A stretch of DNA of 64,000 nucleotides from Eubacteriales bacterium (GTDB lineage Bacteria > Bacillota > Clostridia > Oscillospirales > CAG-272), in contig JAZQUS010000054.1 in NCBI GenBank assembly GCA_045631445.1, forward strand, positions 13,166 through 77,165, read 5' to 3'. Position 1 is the first letter of the stretch. Each line of letters begins with the position of its first letter. A program made the position numbers and the translations under genes. The notes beneath the pieces are model-generated. The model worked only from the letters and a program-made list of their open reading frames with translations, had not been told where the DNA came from and did no database searches. Of the stretch, positions 1 through 10,055 are shown piece by piece.

Positions 1-308
1 TTCGAGATTTTAGAGTATATTCTGCAGGATGTTTCTTGCCACTTTCATTTAAGGAAGGAATAGATGATGACCTTGGAACAAGACACCGTGCAGCGCTTGG
101 AATTTCTGAGGTTAGTGATGCAGTTGTAGTTGTAGTGTCCGAAGAAACGGGAACTATTTCAATTGCACACAAAGGAAAACTTACACAAAATTATAATTTC
201 CAAACTCTTAAGAAAGAGTTGTCTAATCTTCTCATTCCCGCAGATCCTGCAAAAACTTCCAATATTTCCAAAAAAATAAAAATTACAAGAGGCAATAAGG
301 AGGATTGA
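1..308 (+). CDS. cdaA: diadenylate cyclase CdaA, C-terminal fragment (5' end lies outside the window)
   Basis: Frame is open from the window edge. The translation ...AGCFLPLSFKEGIDDDLGTRHRAALGISEVSDAVVVVVSEETGTISIAHKGKL carries the GTRHRAA and SEETG motifs of the DAC (DisA_N) domain C-terminus. Confidence 0.85.
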   Translation, partial: RDFRVYSAGCFLPLSFKEGIDDDLGTRHRAALGISEVSDAVVVVVSEETGTISIAHKGKLTQNYNFQTLKKELSNLLIPADPAKTSNISKKIKITRGNKED

Positions 309-310
309 TT

Positions 311-748
311 ATGAATAAGCATTTTAATGACGAGGAAAGTTCTGTGATTGAAAGTGATTTGGATAATGAACAGATTGAATTGTATGTAAAAACCCGTGTT
401 GGAAAGGGCAATAAATTAATTATCGGTATACTTTGTGTTTTGATTGCTCTTGGATTTTGGTGCTATGCTAATTATCTTGACGATCCAATTATACAAAAAG
501 AGATTACTGTTGATTTTGTTTTGGTAAATGGAGATGCAAATCAAGACATATTACCTGATAAAGTAAATATCTTGATTTACGGTGAAAAATCCGTATTAAA
601 CTCAATTACTAATAATACCATTACAATACATGTTGATATATCAGAATTTAAAAATCAAAATGAAACAAATTATAAAATTGATCTTCCTAAAGGCTTTCAT
701 AGCCATATTACGCATCAAACGCTGATATTGGGTAACCGTAATGATTAG
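311..748 (+). CDS. YbbR-like domain membrane protein (short putative CdaA regulator CdaR)
   Basis: ATG 311 is preceded by AGGAGG (298-303). One TM helix (LIIGILCVLIALGFWCY) is followed by a single YbbR-like repeat. It sits directly after cdaA, as in Firmicutes cdaA-cdaR pairs. Confidence 0.55.
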   Translation: MNKHFNDEESSVIESDLDNEQIELYVKTRVGKGNKLIIGILCVLIALGFWCYANYLDDPIIQKEITVDFVLVNGDANQDILPDKVNILIYGEKSVLNSITNNTITIHVDISEFKNQNETNYKIDLPKGFHSHITHQTLILGNRND

Positions 749-2327
749 AATTCTGATAAATAGTATAAAAACAAGACTTGATGATGATGAATCTGTTGCT
801 ATTTTTCACGCTAAAAGATATTTGAGCAAGAATAATATCAAAGTTGCGGATTTCGATTTTTCAATCTATAAAAAATCCATCGACGCTAGGGATAAAAATA
901 ATATTTTACTTGTTTACTCGGTTCTGGCTGAAACAAAGAAGAATATAAGCATCAAATCTGTTCCACATATAAAAGTTCTAGATTCCGAGGACTTGAAAAT
1001 AGAGTACGGCAAAGCTCCCTTAGTTAATAGACCGATAGTGGTTGGAATGGGTCCTGCGGGAATGTTTTGTGCACTGTTACTTGCAGAAAACGGATATCGT
1101 CCTATCATTATTGATAGAGGTGATTGCGTTGCGGATAGAACACGTGCGCTAGAACAATTTATTCTTACAGGCAACCTTGACACAGAGTCGAACGTTCAGT
1201 TTGGCGCGGGAGGGGCAGGTACGTTTTCGGATGGAAAGCTAACAACCAGAATTAATGATGTTAGATGTGACTACGTACTTTCGAGATTTGTGGAGTTTGG
1301 TGCACCAATTGAAATATTAACAAAATCTAAGCCCCATATCGGAACGGATGTATTGACATGCGTTGTTGACAATATCCTTAACAAGATTGAAGAGCTTGGT
1401 GGTACTGTTATTTACAGATGTAGAATGGATGATATATCGGTAAAGTCAGATAGTGTTACTATTCACACAACAAAGGGAGATTTTTCTACCTCATCTCTTG
1501 TTTTAGCACTTGGTCATAGTGCAAGAGATACTTATAGAATGCTTTTGAGTCACAATTTTGTGATTGAACCGAAGCCATTTTCTATTGGTGTTAGAGTGGA
1601 ACATTTGCAAGACGATATTAACGTGGCATTGTATGGTAAATATGCGGGTCACCCTAAGCTTAGCGTTGGAGAATATAATCTTTCCGATACAAATGGGAAA
1701 AGAGGTGTTTACACCTTTTGCATGTGTCCGGGTGGTGAGGTTGTTCCAGCAACGTCTCAAGAATTTGGAGTTTGTGTTAACGGAATGAGCAAATTTGCCC
1801 GTGATGGTAAAAACGCAAACTGTGCGGTTAACGTATCAGTTGACACAAAGGATTACGGAAATGATCCATATAAAGCGATTGAATTTCAAGAGAATCTTGA
1901 AAGACAAGCATACAAAGCGGGCGGTGGAGATTATTATGCTCCGATACAGCTTATGGGCGATTTTCTTGAAGATAAGGTTACTGCTACACCTTCAAGAATA
2001 ATGCCAACTTATGCAAACGGTAACAGAGTTACAGTTACAAATCTCAATAATATTTTGCCTAATTTCGTAAGCATACGCTTGCAAGAGGGATTTAGAATAT
2101 TTGATAAAAGATTAAAGGGATTCGCGGTTTCTGATGCGATTCTTACTGGAATTGAAACAAGAACCTCCGCTCCCATTAGAATTATGAGAAACGAAAATTT
2201 GAGCGCTATTTCCAATCCGTTGATCTATCCTTGTGGAGAAGGAGCGGGATATGCGGGTGGCATTATGAGTTCTGCCGTTGATGGAATCAAGGTAGCACTT
2301 GAAATAATGAAAAAATACAAGGTGTAA
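741..2327 (+). CDS. FAD-dependent oxidoreductase (COG2509-type NAD(FAD)-utilizing dehydrogenase)
   Basis: Dinucleotide-binding motif VVGMGPAGMFCALLLAENG, plus GAGGAGTFSDGKL and the C-terminal CGEGAGYAGGI motif. Overlaps the upstream gene by 8 nt. Confidence 0.75.
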   Translation: MIRILINSIKTRLDDDESVAIFHAKRYLSKNNIKVADFDFSIYKKSIDARDKNNILLVYSVLAETKKNISIKSVPHIKVLDSEDLKIEYGKAPLVNRPIVVGMGPAGMFCALLLAENGYRPIIIDRGDCVADRTRALEQFILTGNLDTESNVQFGAGGAGTFSDGKLTTRINDVRCDYVLSRFVEFGAPIEILTKSKPHIGTDVLTCVVDNILNKIEELGGTVIYRCRMDDISVKSDSVTIHTTKGDFSTSSLVLALGHSARDTYRMLLSHNFVIEPKPFSIGVRVEHLQDDINVALYGKYAGHPKLSVGEYNLSDTNGKRGVYTFCMCPGGEVVPATSQEFGVCVNGMSKFARDGKNANCAVNVSVDTKDYGNDPYKAIEFQENLERQAYKAGGGDYYAPIQLMGDFLEDKVTATPSRIMPTYANGNRVTVTNLNNILPNFVSIRLQEGFRIFDKRLKGFAVSDAILTGIETRTSAPIRIMRNENLSAISNPLIYPCGEGAGYAGGIMSSAVDGIKVALEIMKKYKV

Positions 2328-2351
2328 ATTTTTGAAAAGGAGGTAACGATA

Positions 2352-4553
2352 ATGAGTAAGAGAAAAACTGTTTGGTCTTCTAAATTTTGTGCTACAGATG
2401 AAAATAATAAAATAATTTCTGAAATTGCTATTGGAAACAATATATCTGAAATCGTTGCCTCTTTGCTTTATAATCGAGGATATAGAAGCTCTGATGATGC
2501 ATCCAAATTTTTGAATTTTGGCGATGCGGTTATGTACTCACCATTTCTTTTGAAGGATGTTGAAAAAGCGGTTGAGCGCATTAGTCTTGCTATTGAAAAT
2601 AATGAGAGAATAGTTATTTATGGGGACTATGACGTTGACGGTGTTACTTCCGTTACAATGCTTTATCTCTATTTGAAAAATCTTGGTGCGCAGGTTAGCT
2701 ATTATATTCCCAACCGTGTAGGTGAGGGATATGGACTTTCCAATGACGCTATTAAACTTTTATCTACATACGGTGTTTCATTGATAATTACTGTTGACAC
2801 GGGTATTACCGCTGTTGGAGAGGTGGACTTTGCCTCAACGCTTGGAATTGACGTGGTTGTAACGGATCATCACGAATGTCAGGAAGAGCTTCCTGATGCG
2901 ATTGCTGTTATTAATCCTCATAGAAGTGATTGTCAATACCCCTTTAAAGCATTGGCGGGGGTTGGTGTAATTTTTAAGGTGATTTGCGCTATTGAAACGT
3001 TAGTTAACTTTGATAAAAGTCGCGAAATGGAAGCGGTAAAATCAATTTATTATCGATTTTCAGATCTTGCTGCAATTGGTACTATTGCGGACGTTATGCC
3101 CATAGTTGACGAGAATAGACTAATTGTTAAAATGGGACTTGCAATGCTTGAAAAAACTGAACGAATTGGTTTGCGCGCTCTTATGGAGGCCGCAAGCATA
3201 GGTTCAAACCCCAATGTTCGTCCTGTGGTTGAGAGTAAGCCGAAGAATGTTAAGCCGAGAAAGATTAATTCAACGTATATTGGATTTACTATTGCACCGA
3301 GAATTAACGCGGCTGGTAGAATAAGCAGTGCGACGCTTGCAGTTGAGCTTTTACTTACCGATGATAAAATTCAAGCGGAGCGTCTTGCTCACGAGCTTTG
3401 TGAAATTAACTACACAAGACAAATAGAAGAAAATAAAATTGCCGAGCAGGCATATAAAAAAATTGAAGACGAGCTTGACCTTGAAAAGCAGAAGGTTATC
3501 GTTGTTAGTGATGATGAGTGGCTTCAAGGTGTGTTAGGTATCGTTTCTTCGAAGGTTACCGAAAAATACGGATTGCCCTCAATTTTAATTTCATTTGACG
3601 GCGCAGAAGTCGGTGAGCCGAGTGATCTTGATATTGGAAAGGGCTCGGGAAGAAGTATAAAGGGATTTAATCTTGTTGAAGCATTATCTCATTCAAAGAA
3701 TACGCTAGTTAAATTTGGAGGACATGAGCTTGCGGCTGGTCTTAGTGTGCGTCGCAAGGACGTTGACATCTTCCGTGATAAAATAAACGAGTATGCGAAT
3801 AAAATGCTTACCGAAGAGGATTTGTATTATAAAATTGAGGCTGATAGGGAGCTTACTCTTGCAGATTTGACCATGAATCTTGCTAAGGAAATTACTAAGC
3901 TTGAGCCATTTGGAAATGCTAACCCCACACCGAACTTTATTGTTAAGGGTGTAAGGGTTATGGGTGCACATCTTATTGGTGCTGGAAATCATACTAAATT
4001 TGTTTTTGAACAAAACGGAGCTATTGCTAATGCGGTAATGTTCCATAAATCTTATATAAATCTAAATATCAAGGAAAGGGACGTCGTTGACGTATTATTT
4101 ACACTTGATATTAATAGTTTCAACAATGTTGAGAGTGTTCAAATGATAATTCAGGATATTAGGCTTTCCGAGGATTATCTATTGTATTTTAAGAATGAAA
4201 ATGAATTCTTCAATGCCTTGCGCAGAGGAGAAAAATATAGTGACGAAGACATTGTTCCTACGCGTGATGATTTTGCCGTGGTATATTCAATGCTTAGGCA
4301 GGAATTTCGCACGGGAAATGATATGATGACAGAGGTTGAAATTTATCATAAATTATCGGAAATTAAGGGATATAACATTCGTTTGGCAAAGCTTAAAATA
4401 ATTCTTGAGGTGCTTAATGAATTGAAGATTTGTACAGTAGAAGAAGTTAATCCAGGTATTTATCAGTATGATATATACTTTAATGCCGAAAAAACCAGTA
4501 TTGAAAAGTCGTCAATACTTAAAAAGATTAAAAATCAGTGTATTAAAAAATAA
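2352..4553 (+). CDS. recJ: single-stranded-DNA-specific exonuclease RecJ
   Basis: DHH-family motifs IYGDYDVDGVTS, ITVDTGI and VVVTDHH, plus the DHHA1 motif GGHELAAG. RBS GGAGG lies upstream. Confidence 0.9.
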   Translation: MSKRKTVWSSKFCATDENNKIISEIAIGNNISEIVASLLYNRGYRSSDDASKFLNFGDAVMYSPFLLKDVEKAVERISLAIENNERIVIYGDYDVDGVTSVTMLYLYLKNLGAQVSYYIPNRVGEGYGLSNDAIKLLSTYGVSLIITVDTGITAVGEVDFASTLGIDVVVTDHHECQEELPDAIAVINPHRSDCQYPFKALAGVGVIFKVICAIETLVNFDKSREMEAVKSIYYRFSDLAAIGTIADVMPIVDENRLIVKMGLAMLEKTERIGLRALMEAASIGSNPNVRPVVESKPKNVKPRKINSTYIGFTIAPRINAAGRISSATLAVELLLTDDKIQAERLAHELCEINYTRQIEENKIAEQAYKKIEDELDLEKQKVIVVSDDEWLQGVLGIVSSKVTEKYGLPSILISFDGAEVGEPSDLDIGKGSGRSIKGFNLVEALSHSKNTLVKFGGHELAAGLSVRRKDVDIFRDKINEYANKMLTEEDLYYKIEADRELTLADLTMNLAKEITKLEPFGNANPTPNFIVKGVRVMGAHLIGAGNHTKFVFEQNGAIANAVMFHKSYINLNIKERDVVDVLFTLDINSFNNVESVQMIIQDIRLSEDYLLYFKNENEFFNALRRGEKYSDEDIVPTRDDFAVVYSMLRQEFRTGNDMMTEVEIYHKLSEIKGYNIRLAKLKIILEVLNELKICTVEEVNPGIYQYDIYFNAEKTSIEKSSILKKIKNQCIKK

Positions 4554-4564
4554 CGGAGATTATT

Positions 4565-6772
4565 ATGTCTACTACACATAGTGGTATCGAAAAGCTTCTC
4601 ACAATGCTTAAAGCGACAGGGAAGAAATATGATATCGAAAAAATAGAAAAAGCTTATGAATATGCGCGTACCTTACACGAGGGACAATTTAGAGCAAGCG
4701 GTGAAGAATATATTTCACACCCAATTGCAGTTGCCGAAATCGTTGCGGGACTTGAGCTCGATACAGATTCCATTTGTGCTGCTCTTTTGCACGATACGGT
4801 TGAGGATTGCGCGGAAAAAACAGATTTAAAGGAAATTGAAAAACTCTTTGGTGCAGATGTATCGATGCTTGTTGATGGCCTTACAAAGATTGTAACTCTT
4901 AAGGTTGAAGATAAGGAAGAGGCTCATATTGAAACCCTTAGAAAGATGCTCCTTGCTATGTCTAAGGATGTTAGAGTTATCTTTATCAAGCTTTGTGATA
5001 GAGTTCACAACATGAGAACGCTTGATGCAAAGCCCGACCACAAGAGAAGGATCACTGCACTTGAAACTATGCAGGTTTACGCTCCCTTGGCACACCGTTT
5101 GGGTATGCAAAAAATCAAGCAGGAGCTTGAAAATCTTGGTTTGAAATATATTGACCCTATCGGTTACGAAGAGGTTAGAACCAATATTGAAAAGAAATAT
5201 GGTCAAAGTCTTCATTTTATTGAGGACGTTAGACTTATGGTTGACAATAAACTTACGGAAAATAATATTAAATTTACTCTTGAAGGACGTATTAAAACTG
5301 CCTACAGTATTTACCGTAAGATGTATAATCACAACAAGAGCTTTGATGAGATTTTCGACTTTTATGCCTTGCGTATAATTGTTGATACCGAGCTTGATTG
5401 CTATACTGCTCTTGGTTTGATTCACGAGATGTTTAATTCAGTTCCAGGTAGATTTAAAGACTATATTTCTACTCCAAAACCAAATATGTACCGCTCACTT
5501 CATACTACGGTAATCGGTAAGTATGGTATTCCTTTTGAAGTACAGATTAGAACATGGGAGATGCACCACATTGCAGAGTATGGTGTGGCGGCGCACTGGA
5601 AATATAAGTCGGGTGAGCGCTCAAAAGAGGAAATTGACAAGAAGCTCGAATGGATTTCACGTCTTCTTGAAACTGAAGATGAAATGCGCGATCCTGAAGA
5701 ATTTATGCAGGCGCTCAAAATCGATATTTTCCATGATGAAACCTTTGTGTTTACTCCAAATGGTGACGTTATGGCGCTGCCACAGGGGGCGACAGTTATT
5801 GACTTTGCTTATGCTATTCATAGTGCCGTTGGTCACAAGATGATTGGTGCAAAAATAAACGGAATGATTGTTCCTATCGATAGAGTTCTTCAAAATGGTG
5901 AGATTGTTGAGATTTTGACATCTTCGTCTTCCAAAGGACCAAGTCGCGACTGGCTTAAGATTGTTACCACGAGTGGAGCTAAAAACAGAATCCGTCAATG
6001 GTTTAAAAAGGAAAAACGTGCAGATAATATCTTGCTTGGACGTTCAATGGTTGAAGGCGAGATAAAGAAGGCTGGTTTTGTTGTTAACGAAGCAACGAGA
6101 ACCGAAGCGGTTGAAAACGTTGCAATTAGAAACGGATTTTCTACTGCGGACGACCTTTATAATACTATCGGTTATGGTGGAATTCAGCTTTCCAAGGTAA
6201 AAAATAAGATTGTTGACGAAATTGCTAAAATGGTTGCTCCTGTTGAGCCACCGCCTGCGGTTACTGAAGAAACAATTATTACCGCCAAACCCAGAAAGAT
6301 TAAATCCAATAGTGGAATTATTGTTGACGGTGAAAGTGGATGTAGTGTTAAGTTTGCAAAATGCTGTAATCCATTGCCTGGAGATAGTGTTATTGGATTT
6401 ATCACGAAGGGATATGGAATTTCGATTCATAAATGCGACTGTCCTAACGTAATTACGGGCAAGAAAAATCCCGAATATGTAGATCGTTGGGTTGAGGCAG
6501 CTTGGGATTCTGATTCAAGTGAAAAGAGAAGCTTGTTTGAAGCAAATCTTCAAATTCGAGTTGATGACAGAATTGGTATGCTTGCGGACATTTCCGTGGC
6601 ACTTGCTGATATGCGAGTTGATATTCTTCAGATTAATGTTCAAACAACATCGGGAGGCTCAATTGTATCTTTGAAGGTTGGATGTAAAAATACCGATCAC
6701 TATGCTTCTATTGTTTCGCGACTTCGTTCAATTCCCGGTATTTATGACGTTTCACGCGGATTTGTAAATTAA
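4565..6772 (+). CDS. rel: bifunctional (p)ppGpp synthetase/hydrolase RelA/SpoT family
   Basis: HD hydrolase motif (LLHDTVED) and synthetase motif (DYISTPKPNMYRSLHTTV). TGS (FTPNGDVMALPQGAT) and ACT-like C-terminal domains follow. Confidence 0.92.
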   Translation: MSTTHSGIEKLLTMLKATGKKYDIEKIEKAYEYARTLHEGQFRASGEEYISHPIAVAEIVAGLELDTDSICAALLHDTVEDCAEKTDLKEIEKLFGADVSMLVDGLTKIVTLKVEDKEEAHIETLRKMLLAMSKDVRVIFIKLCDRVHNMRTLDAKPDHKRRITALETMQVYAPLAHRLGMQKIKQELENLGLKYIDPIGYEEVRTNIEKKYGQSLHFIEDVRLMVDNKLTENNIKFTLEGRIKTAYSIYRKMYNHNKSFDEIFDFYALRIIVDTELDCYTALGLIHEMFNSVPGRFKDYISTPKPNMYRSLHTTVIGKYGIPFEVQIRTWEMHHIAEYGVAAHWKYKSGERSKEEIDKKLEWISRLLETEDEMRDPEEFMQALKIDIFHDETFVFTPNGDVMALPQGATVIDFAYAIHSAVGHKMIGAKINGMIVPIDRVLQNGEIVEILTSSSSKGPSRDWLKIVTTSGAKNRIRQWFKKEKRADNILLGRSMVEGEIKKAGFVVNEATRTEAVENVAIRNGFSTADDLYNTIGYGGIQLSKVKNKIVDEIAKMVAPVEPPPAVTEETIITAKPRKIKSNSGIIVDGESGCSVKFAKCCNPLPGDSVIGFITKGYGISIHKCDCPNVITGKKNPEYVDRWVEAAWDSDSSEKRSLFEANLQIRVDDRIGMLADISVALADMRVDILQINVQTTSGGSIVSLKVGCKNTDHYASIVSRLRSIPGIYDVSRGFVN

Positions 6773-6786
6773 TAGAGGTTTATATT

Positions 6787-7239
6787 ATGATTGCAGTTAT
6801 ACAAAGAGTAAGAAATTCAAGTGTTAGCATAGACGGTGTGGTTCGTGGTGAATGTGGGCATGGGCTTATGATACTTCTTGGTGTTTCTAAGGATGATGTC
6901 AAGTTTGATGCGGAGCTTCTTGCTACTAAAATATCGAAGTTGCGCATATTTTGCGACGAAAATGGAAAAATGAATCTTTCTATCAAGGATGTTGACGGAG
7001 AGGTATTAATAGTTTCTCAATTCACTTTACTTGCCAACTATAAAAAAGGGAATAGACCCGATTATTTTGGGGCGGGTTCTCCCGACCACGCGAATGACCT
7101 TTATGAGTACTTTGTTGAGCTTATGAGAAAAGAGGTTAAACATGTTGGCACAGGTGAATTTGGAGCTGATATGCAGGTTAGCATATTGAATGACGGTCCT
7201 GTTACTATCGTTATGGATAGTAACGTACTTAAAAATTAA
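6787..7239 (+). CDS. dtd: D-aminoacyl-tRNA deacylase
   Basis: 150 aa with MIAVIQRV N-terminus, SQFTLLA and GADMQVSILNDGPVT motifs. Follows rel, as in many Firmicutes. Confidence 0.9.
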   Translation: MIAVIQRVRNSSVSIDGVVRGECGHGLMILLGVSKDDVKFDAELLATKISKLRIFCDENGKMNLSIKDVDGEVLIVSQFTLLANYKKGNRPDYFGAGSPDHANDLYEYFVELMRKEVKHVGTGEFGADMQVSILNDGPVTIVMDSNVLKN

Positions 7240-7250
7240 GGAGAAATAAA

Positions 7251-8735
7251 ATGAAATTAACCGTGACGGGCGATATTAATGCCTTTTACGTTCAAACTTT
7301 ATGTATGATATTTTTCCCAGGAGAGAAATTCGTTGAAAATCAGGAGATTACCGAGGACACTCCGGTAATGGAGGTTATGGTGAAAAATTCTGAGACGAGC
7401 TCTTATGCGTGGGCAAAATTAACATATCAAGGAAAAGTTGCAGAGGCAAAGAAAACTGTTGACTTTATTCCTGAGGTTACTAAGCAGAGAACTGCCAAAA
7501 TTGCCGCAGGAAACGTTGTTTTAGCTGTTGGAAGTGAGATTCTTGGTTATAGACCATCTTGGGGTATGCTTACGGGAGTTAGACCTTCCAAGGTGGCTAT
7601 GGAAATGCTTTTGAACGGTAATTCTAAAGCAAAGGTAAGAAAGATACTTAATAACGATTATTTTGTTATTCCCAAAAAAGCGGCTCTTGCAACTGATATT
7701 GCGCGCAGAGAACAAAAGATTATTGGTAATCCGGATATTAAGGATTGTAGTATTTACATTTCAATTCCGTTTTGCCCCTCTCGTTGTTCTTATTGCTCGT
7801 TTGTGTCTTATACCACCCCTAAGCTTCTTTCTTTGATTCCTGCTTATTTGGAAAAGCTTTGTGAAGATCTTACAAGTGTTCTTGATACGGTAATCGAATT
7901 GGGGCTTAATCTTAAAACGATATACATAGGTGGAGGTACACCAACAATTCTTACCGAAGAGCAGCTTGAAAAGCTTTTGTCACTTATTGATAGTAAGATT
8001 GATGTTTCTTCTCTTGAGGAATTTACTCTTGAGGGAGGACGTCCTGATACTATAACCGCAGGTAAACTTGCGGTTGCCAAAAAATATGGAATTACAAGAG
8101 TAAGTGTGAATCCTCAGTCACTTAACGAGCAGGTTATTAAATCTATTGGTAGAAGTCATAGTATTGAAGAGTTTTACCGTGCATTTGAAATAGCAAGAAA
8201 TTCGGGAATAAAGTGTATCAATACTGACCTTATTGCAGGGTTACCGGGAGATACTTTTAAGTATTTTTCTTCAACCTTTGATAAAATAATTGCTCTTGAG
8301 CCGGAAAACATTACTGTGCATACCTTCTGTGTTAAAAAGGCGGCGGATATTCTTGCGCAAAATCAAAATATTTATTCTATTCGTGGTGGTGACGTTGGAA
8401 AATGCGTTGACTATTCACAGCTTCGTGCACAGGCGGCAGGTTACTTGCCTTACTATATGTATAGACAAAAGAATACTGTTGGTAACTTTGAAAACGTTGG
8501 TTTTGCTCAAGAAGGAACAGAAGGACTTTACAACATCTATATGATGGAAGAGGTGCATTCAATTCTTTCCGTTGGTGCAGGTGCTGTAACTAAGCTTGTC
8601 GAATATTATCCTGCAAATATAGCATCTACTAAAATTATCAGACATTTTAATCCTAAATATCCTTATGAGTATCTTGATAATTACTCGAGTGCAAACGTTA
8701 TTGAAGAAATTAAGAAGTTTTATGCTTGTCATTAA
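7251..8735 (+). CDS. radical SAM protein, HemN/HemZ-like (coproporphyrinogen dehydrogenase family)
   Basis: CxxxCxxC motif (CPSRCSYCSF), IYIGGGTPT and a HemN-like core. Its ~494 aa length is similar to HemZ. Confidence 0.65.
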   Translation: MKLTVTGDINAFYVQTLCMIFFPGEKFVENQEITEDTPVMEVMVKNSETSSYAWAKLTYQGKVAEAKKTVDFIPEVTKQRTAKIAAGNVVLAVGSEILGYRPSWGMLTGVRPSKVAMEMLLNGNSKAKVRKILNNDYFVIPKKAALATDIARREQKIIGNPDIKDCSIYISIPFCPSRCSYCSFVSYTTPKLLSLIPAYLEKLCEDLTSVLDTVIELGLNLKTIYIGGGTPTILTEEQLEKLLSLIDSKIDVSSLEEFTLEGGRPDTITAGKLAVAKKYGITRVSVNPQSLNEQVIKSIGRSHSIEEFYRAFEIARNSGIKCINTDLIAGLPGDTFKYFSSTFDKIIALEPENITVHTFCVKKAADILAQNQNIYSIRGGDVGKCVDYSQLRAQAAGYLPYYMYRQKNTVGNFENVGFAQEGTEGLYNIYMMEEVHSILSVGAGAVTKLVEYYPANIASTKIIRHFNPKYPYEYLDNYSSANVIEEIKKFYACH

Positions 8736-8746
8736 TGGAGGTAAGT

Positions 8747-10033
8747 ATGAAAATTTTATTTAAAAATATTAGAATCCCTGAAGAATATGGCTTTGCAGAC
8801 GAGCATATATTTCTTTTGACCGATGGTGAACGTATTTCCTATATCGGTAGAGAAAGACCTATGGAGTTTGATAGAGTTATTGATGGTAAGGGCAATCTTT
8901 TAATTCCAGGATTTTATAATTCACATTGCCATGCGCCTATGGTTATGTTCCGTGGATTTGGTGAGGATTTGCCACTTTGGAGATGGCTTAATGAAAAGAT
9001 TTTTCCTGCCGAGGAAAGACTCAATTCTGAAAACGTATACCTTGCTTCAAAATATGCTATTGCAGAAATGCTTAAAAATGGTATAGTTTCGTTTTCTGAT
9101 ATGTATATGTTTGAAAATTCCGTAGCAAAAGCAGTTGTTGAAACAGGAATTAAGGCTAATCTTTCTCGTTCACTTGTTTCATTTGGTGAAAATGCAACAA
9201 TCAAAGGCGATTGGCGTTTCAAAGAAGCTACCGAATGGGTAAAGCAATATCAAGGTGCAAACAACGGTAAACTCATTATGGATATGTCCATTCACGCAGA
9301 ATATACAAACGTTGAGGGGTATATTCGCGAGGTTGCGGAATATACTAAAGATAATAACCTTAGAATGCAGATACATGCATCTGAAAGCGAAACAGAGCAT
9401 CTTGCTTGTATTGAAAAATACGGCAAAACACCTATTGAATTTTTCCGTGATACAGGCGTGCTTTCATCACCTACAACACTTGCGCATTGTGTTTATGTAA
9501 CTGATAGTGATATGGATATTATCCGTGAGCACGGTGCATTTGTTTCACATAATGCAACAAGTAATTTAAAGCTTGGCAGCGGTGTTGCAAGAGTTCCTAC
9601 AATGCTTCAAAAGGGTGTTTGTGTAACACTTGGAACTGATGGTGCTGCATCTAATAATACACTTGATATTATGCGTGAATATCAGCTTGCATCAATTCTT
9701 CACAAGGGATATAACCGTGATGCAGAGGCAACAAGAGCATATCAAATGCTTGACCTTGCAACCGTGAACGGTGCAAAATCACAAGGAAGAAACGATTGCG
9801 GAAAACTTGTTGTGGGTAATCGTGCAGATATTGTTATGATTGATTTGAATGCGATTAATAACAAACCGTGCTTTGATACTTATTGCACACTTTCATATAG
9901 TGCAAATTCTTCAAACGTGCTTATGACTATGGTTGATGGAGAAATTCTTTATCACAATGGTAAATTTACTACTATTGATATAGAAAAGGTAACGCGCGAA
10001 TTTGATGATGTGTGCGCGCATTATTTTGATTAA
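8747..10033 (+). CDS. mtaD: amidohydrolase, probable 5-methylthioadenosine/S-adenosylhomocysteine deaminase
   Basis: ATG 8747 follows GGAGG. Metal-binding motifs NSHCHAPM, HASE and GTDGAASNN are typical of MtaD/SsnA-type deaminases. Confidence 0.7.
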   Translation: MKILFKNIRIPEEYGFADEHIFLLTDGERISYIGRERPMEFDRVIDGKGNLLIPGFYNSHCHAPMVMFRGFGEDLPLWRWLNEKIFPAEERLNSENVYLASKYAIAEMLKNGIVSFSDMYMFENSVAKAVVETGIKANLSRSLVSFGENATIKGDWRFKEATEWVKQYQGANNGKLIMDMSIHAEYTNVEGYIREVAEYTKDNNLRMQIHASESETEHLACIEKYGKTPIEFFRDTGVLSSPTTLAHCVYVTDSDMDIIREHGAFVSHNATSNLKLGSGVARVPTMLQKGVCVTLGTDGAASNNTLDIMREYQLASILHKGYNRDAEATRAYQMLDLATVNGAKSQGRNDCGKLVVGNRADIVMIDLNAINNKPCFDTYCTLSYSANSSNVLMTMVDGEILYHNGKFTTIDIEKVTREFDDVCAHYFD

Positions 10034-10055
10034 AATTTAATGGAGGGCGAGAACT

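Noticed and set aside
4826-5425. 199-aa minus-strand ORF inside rel
   Set aside because: It is antisense to the HD/synthetase region of a clearly identified RelA/SpoT gene and has no supporting signals.
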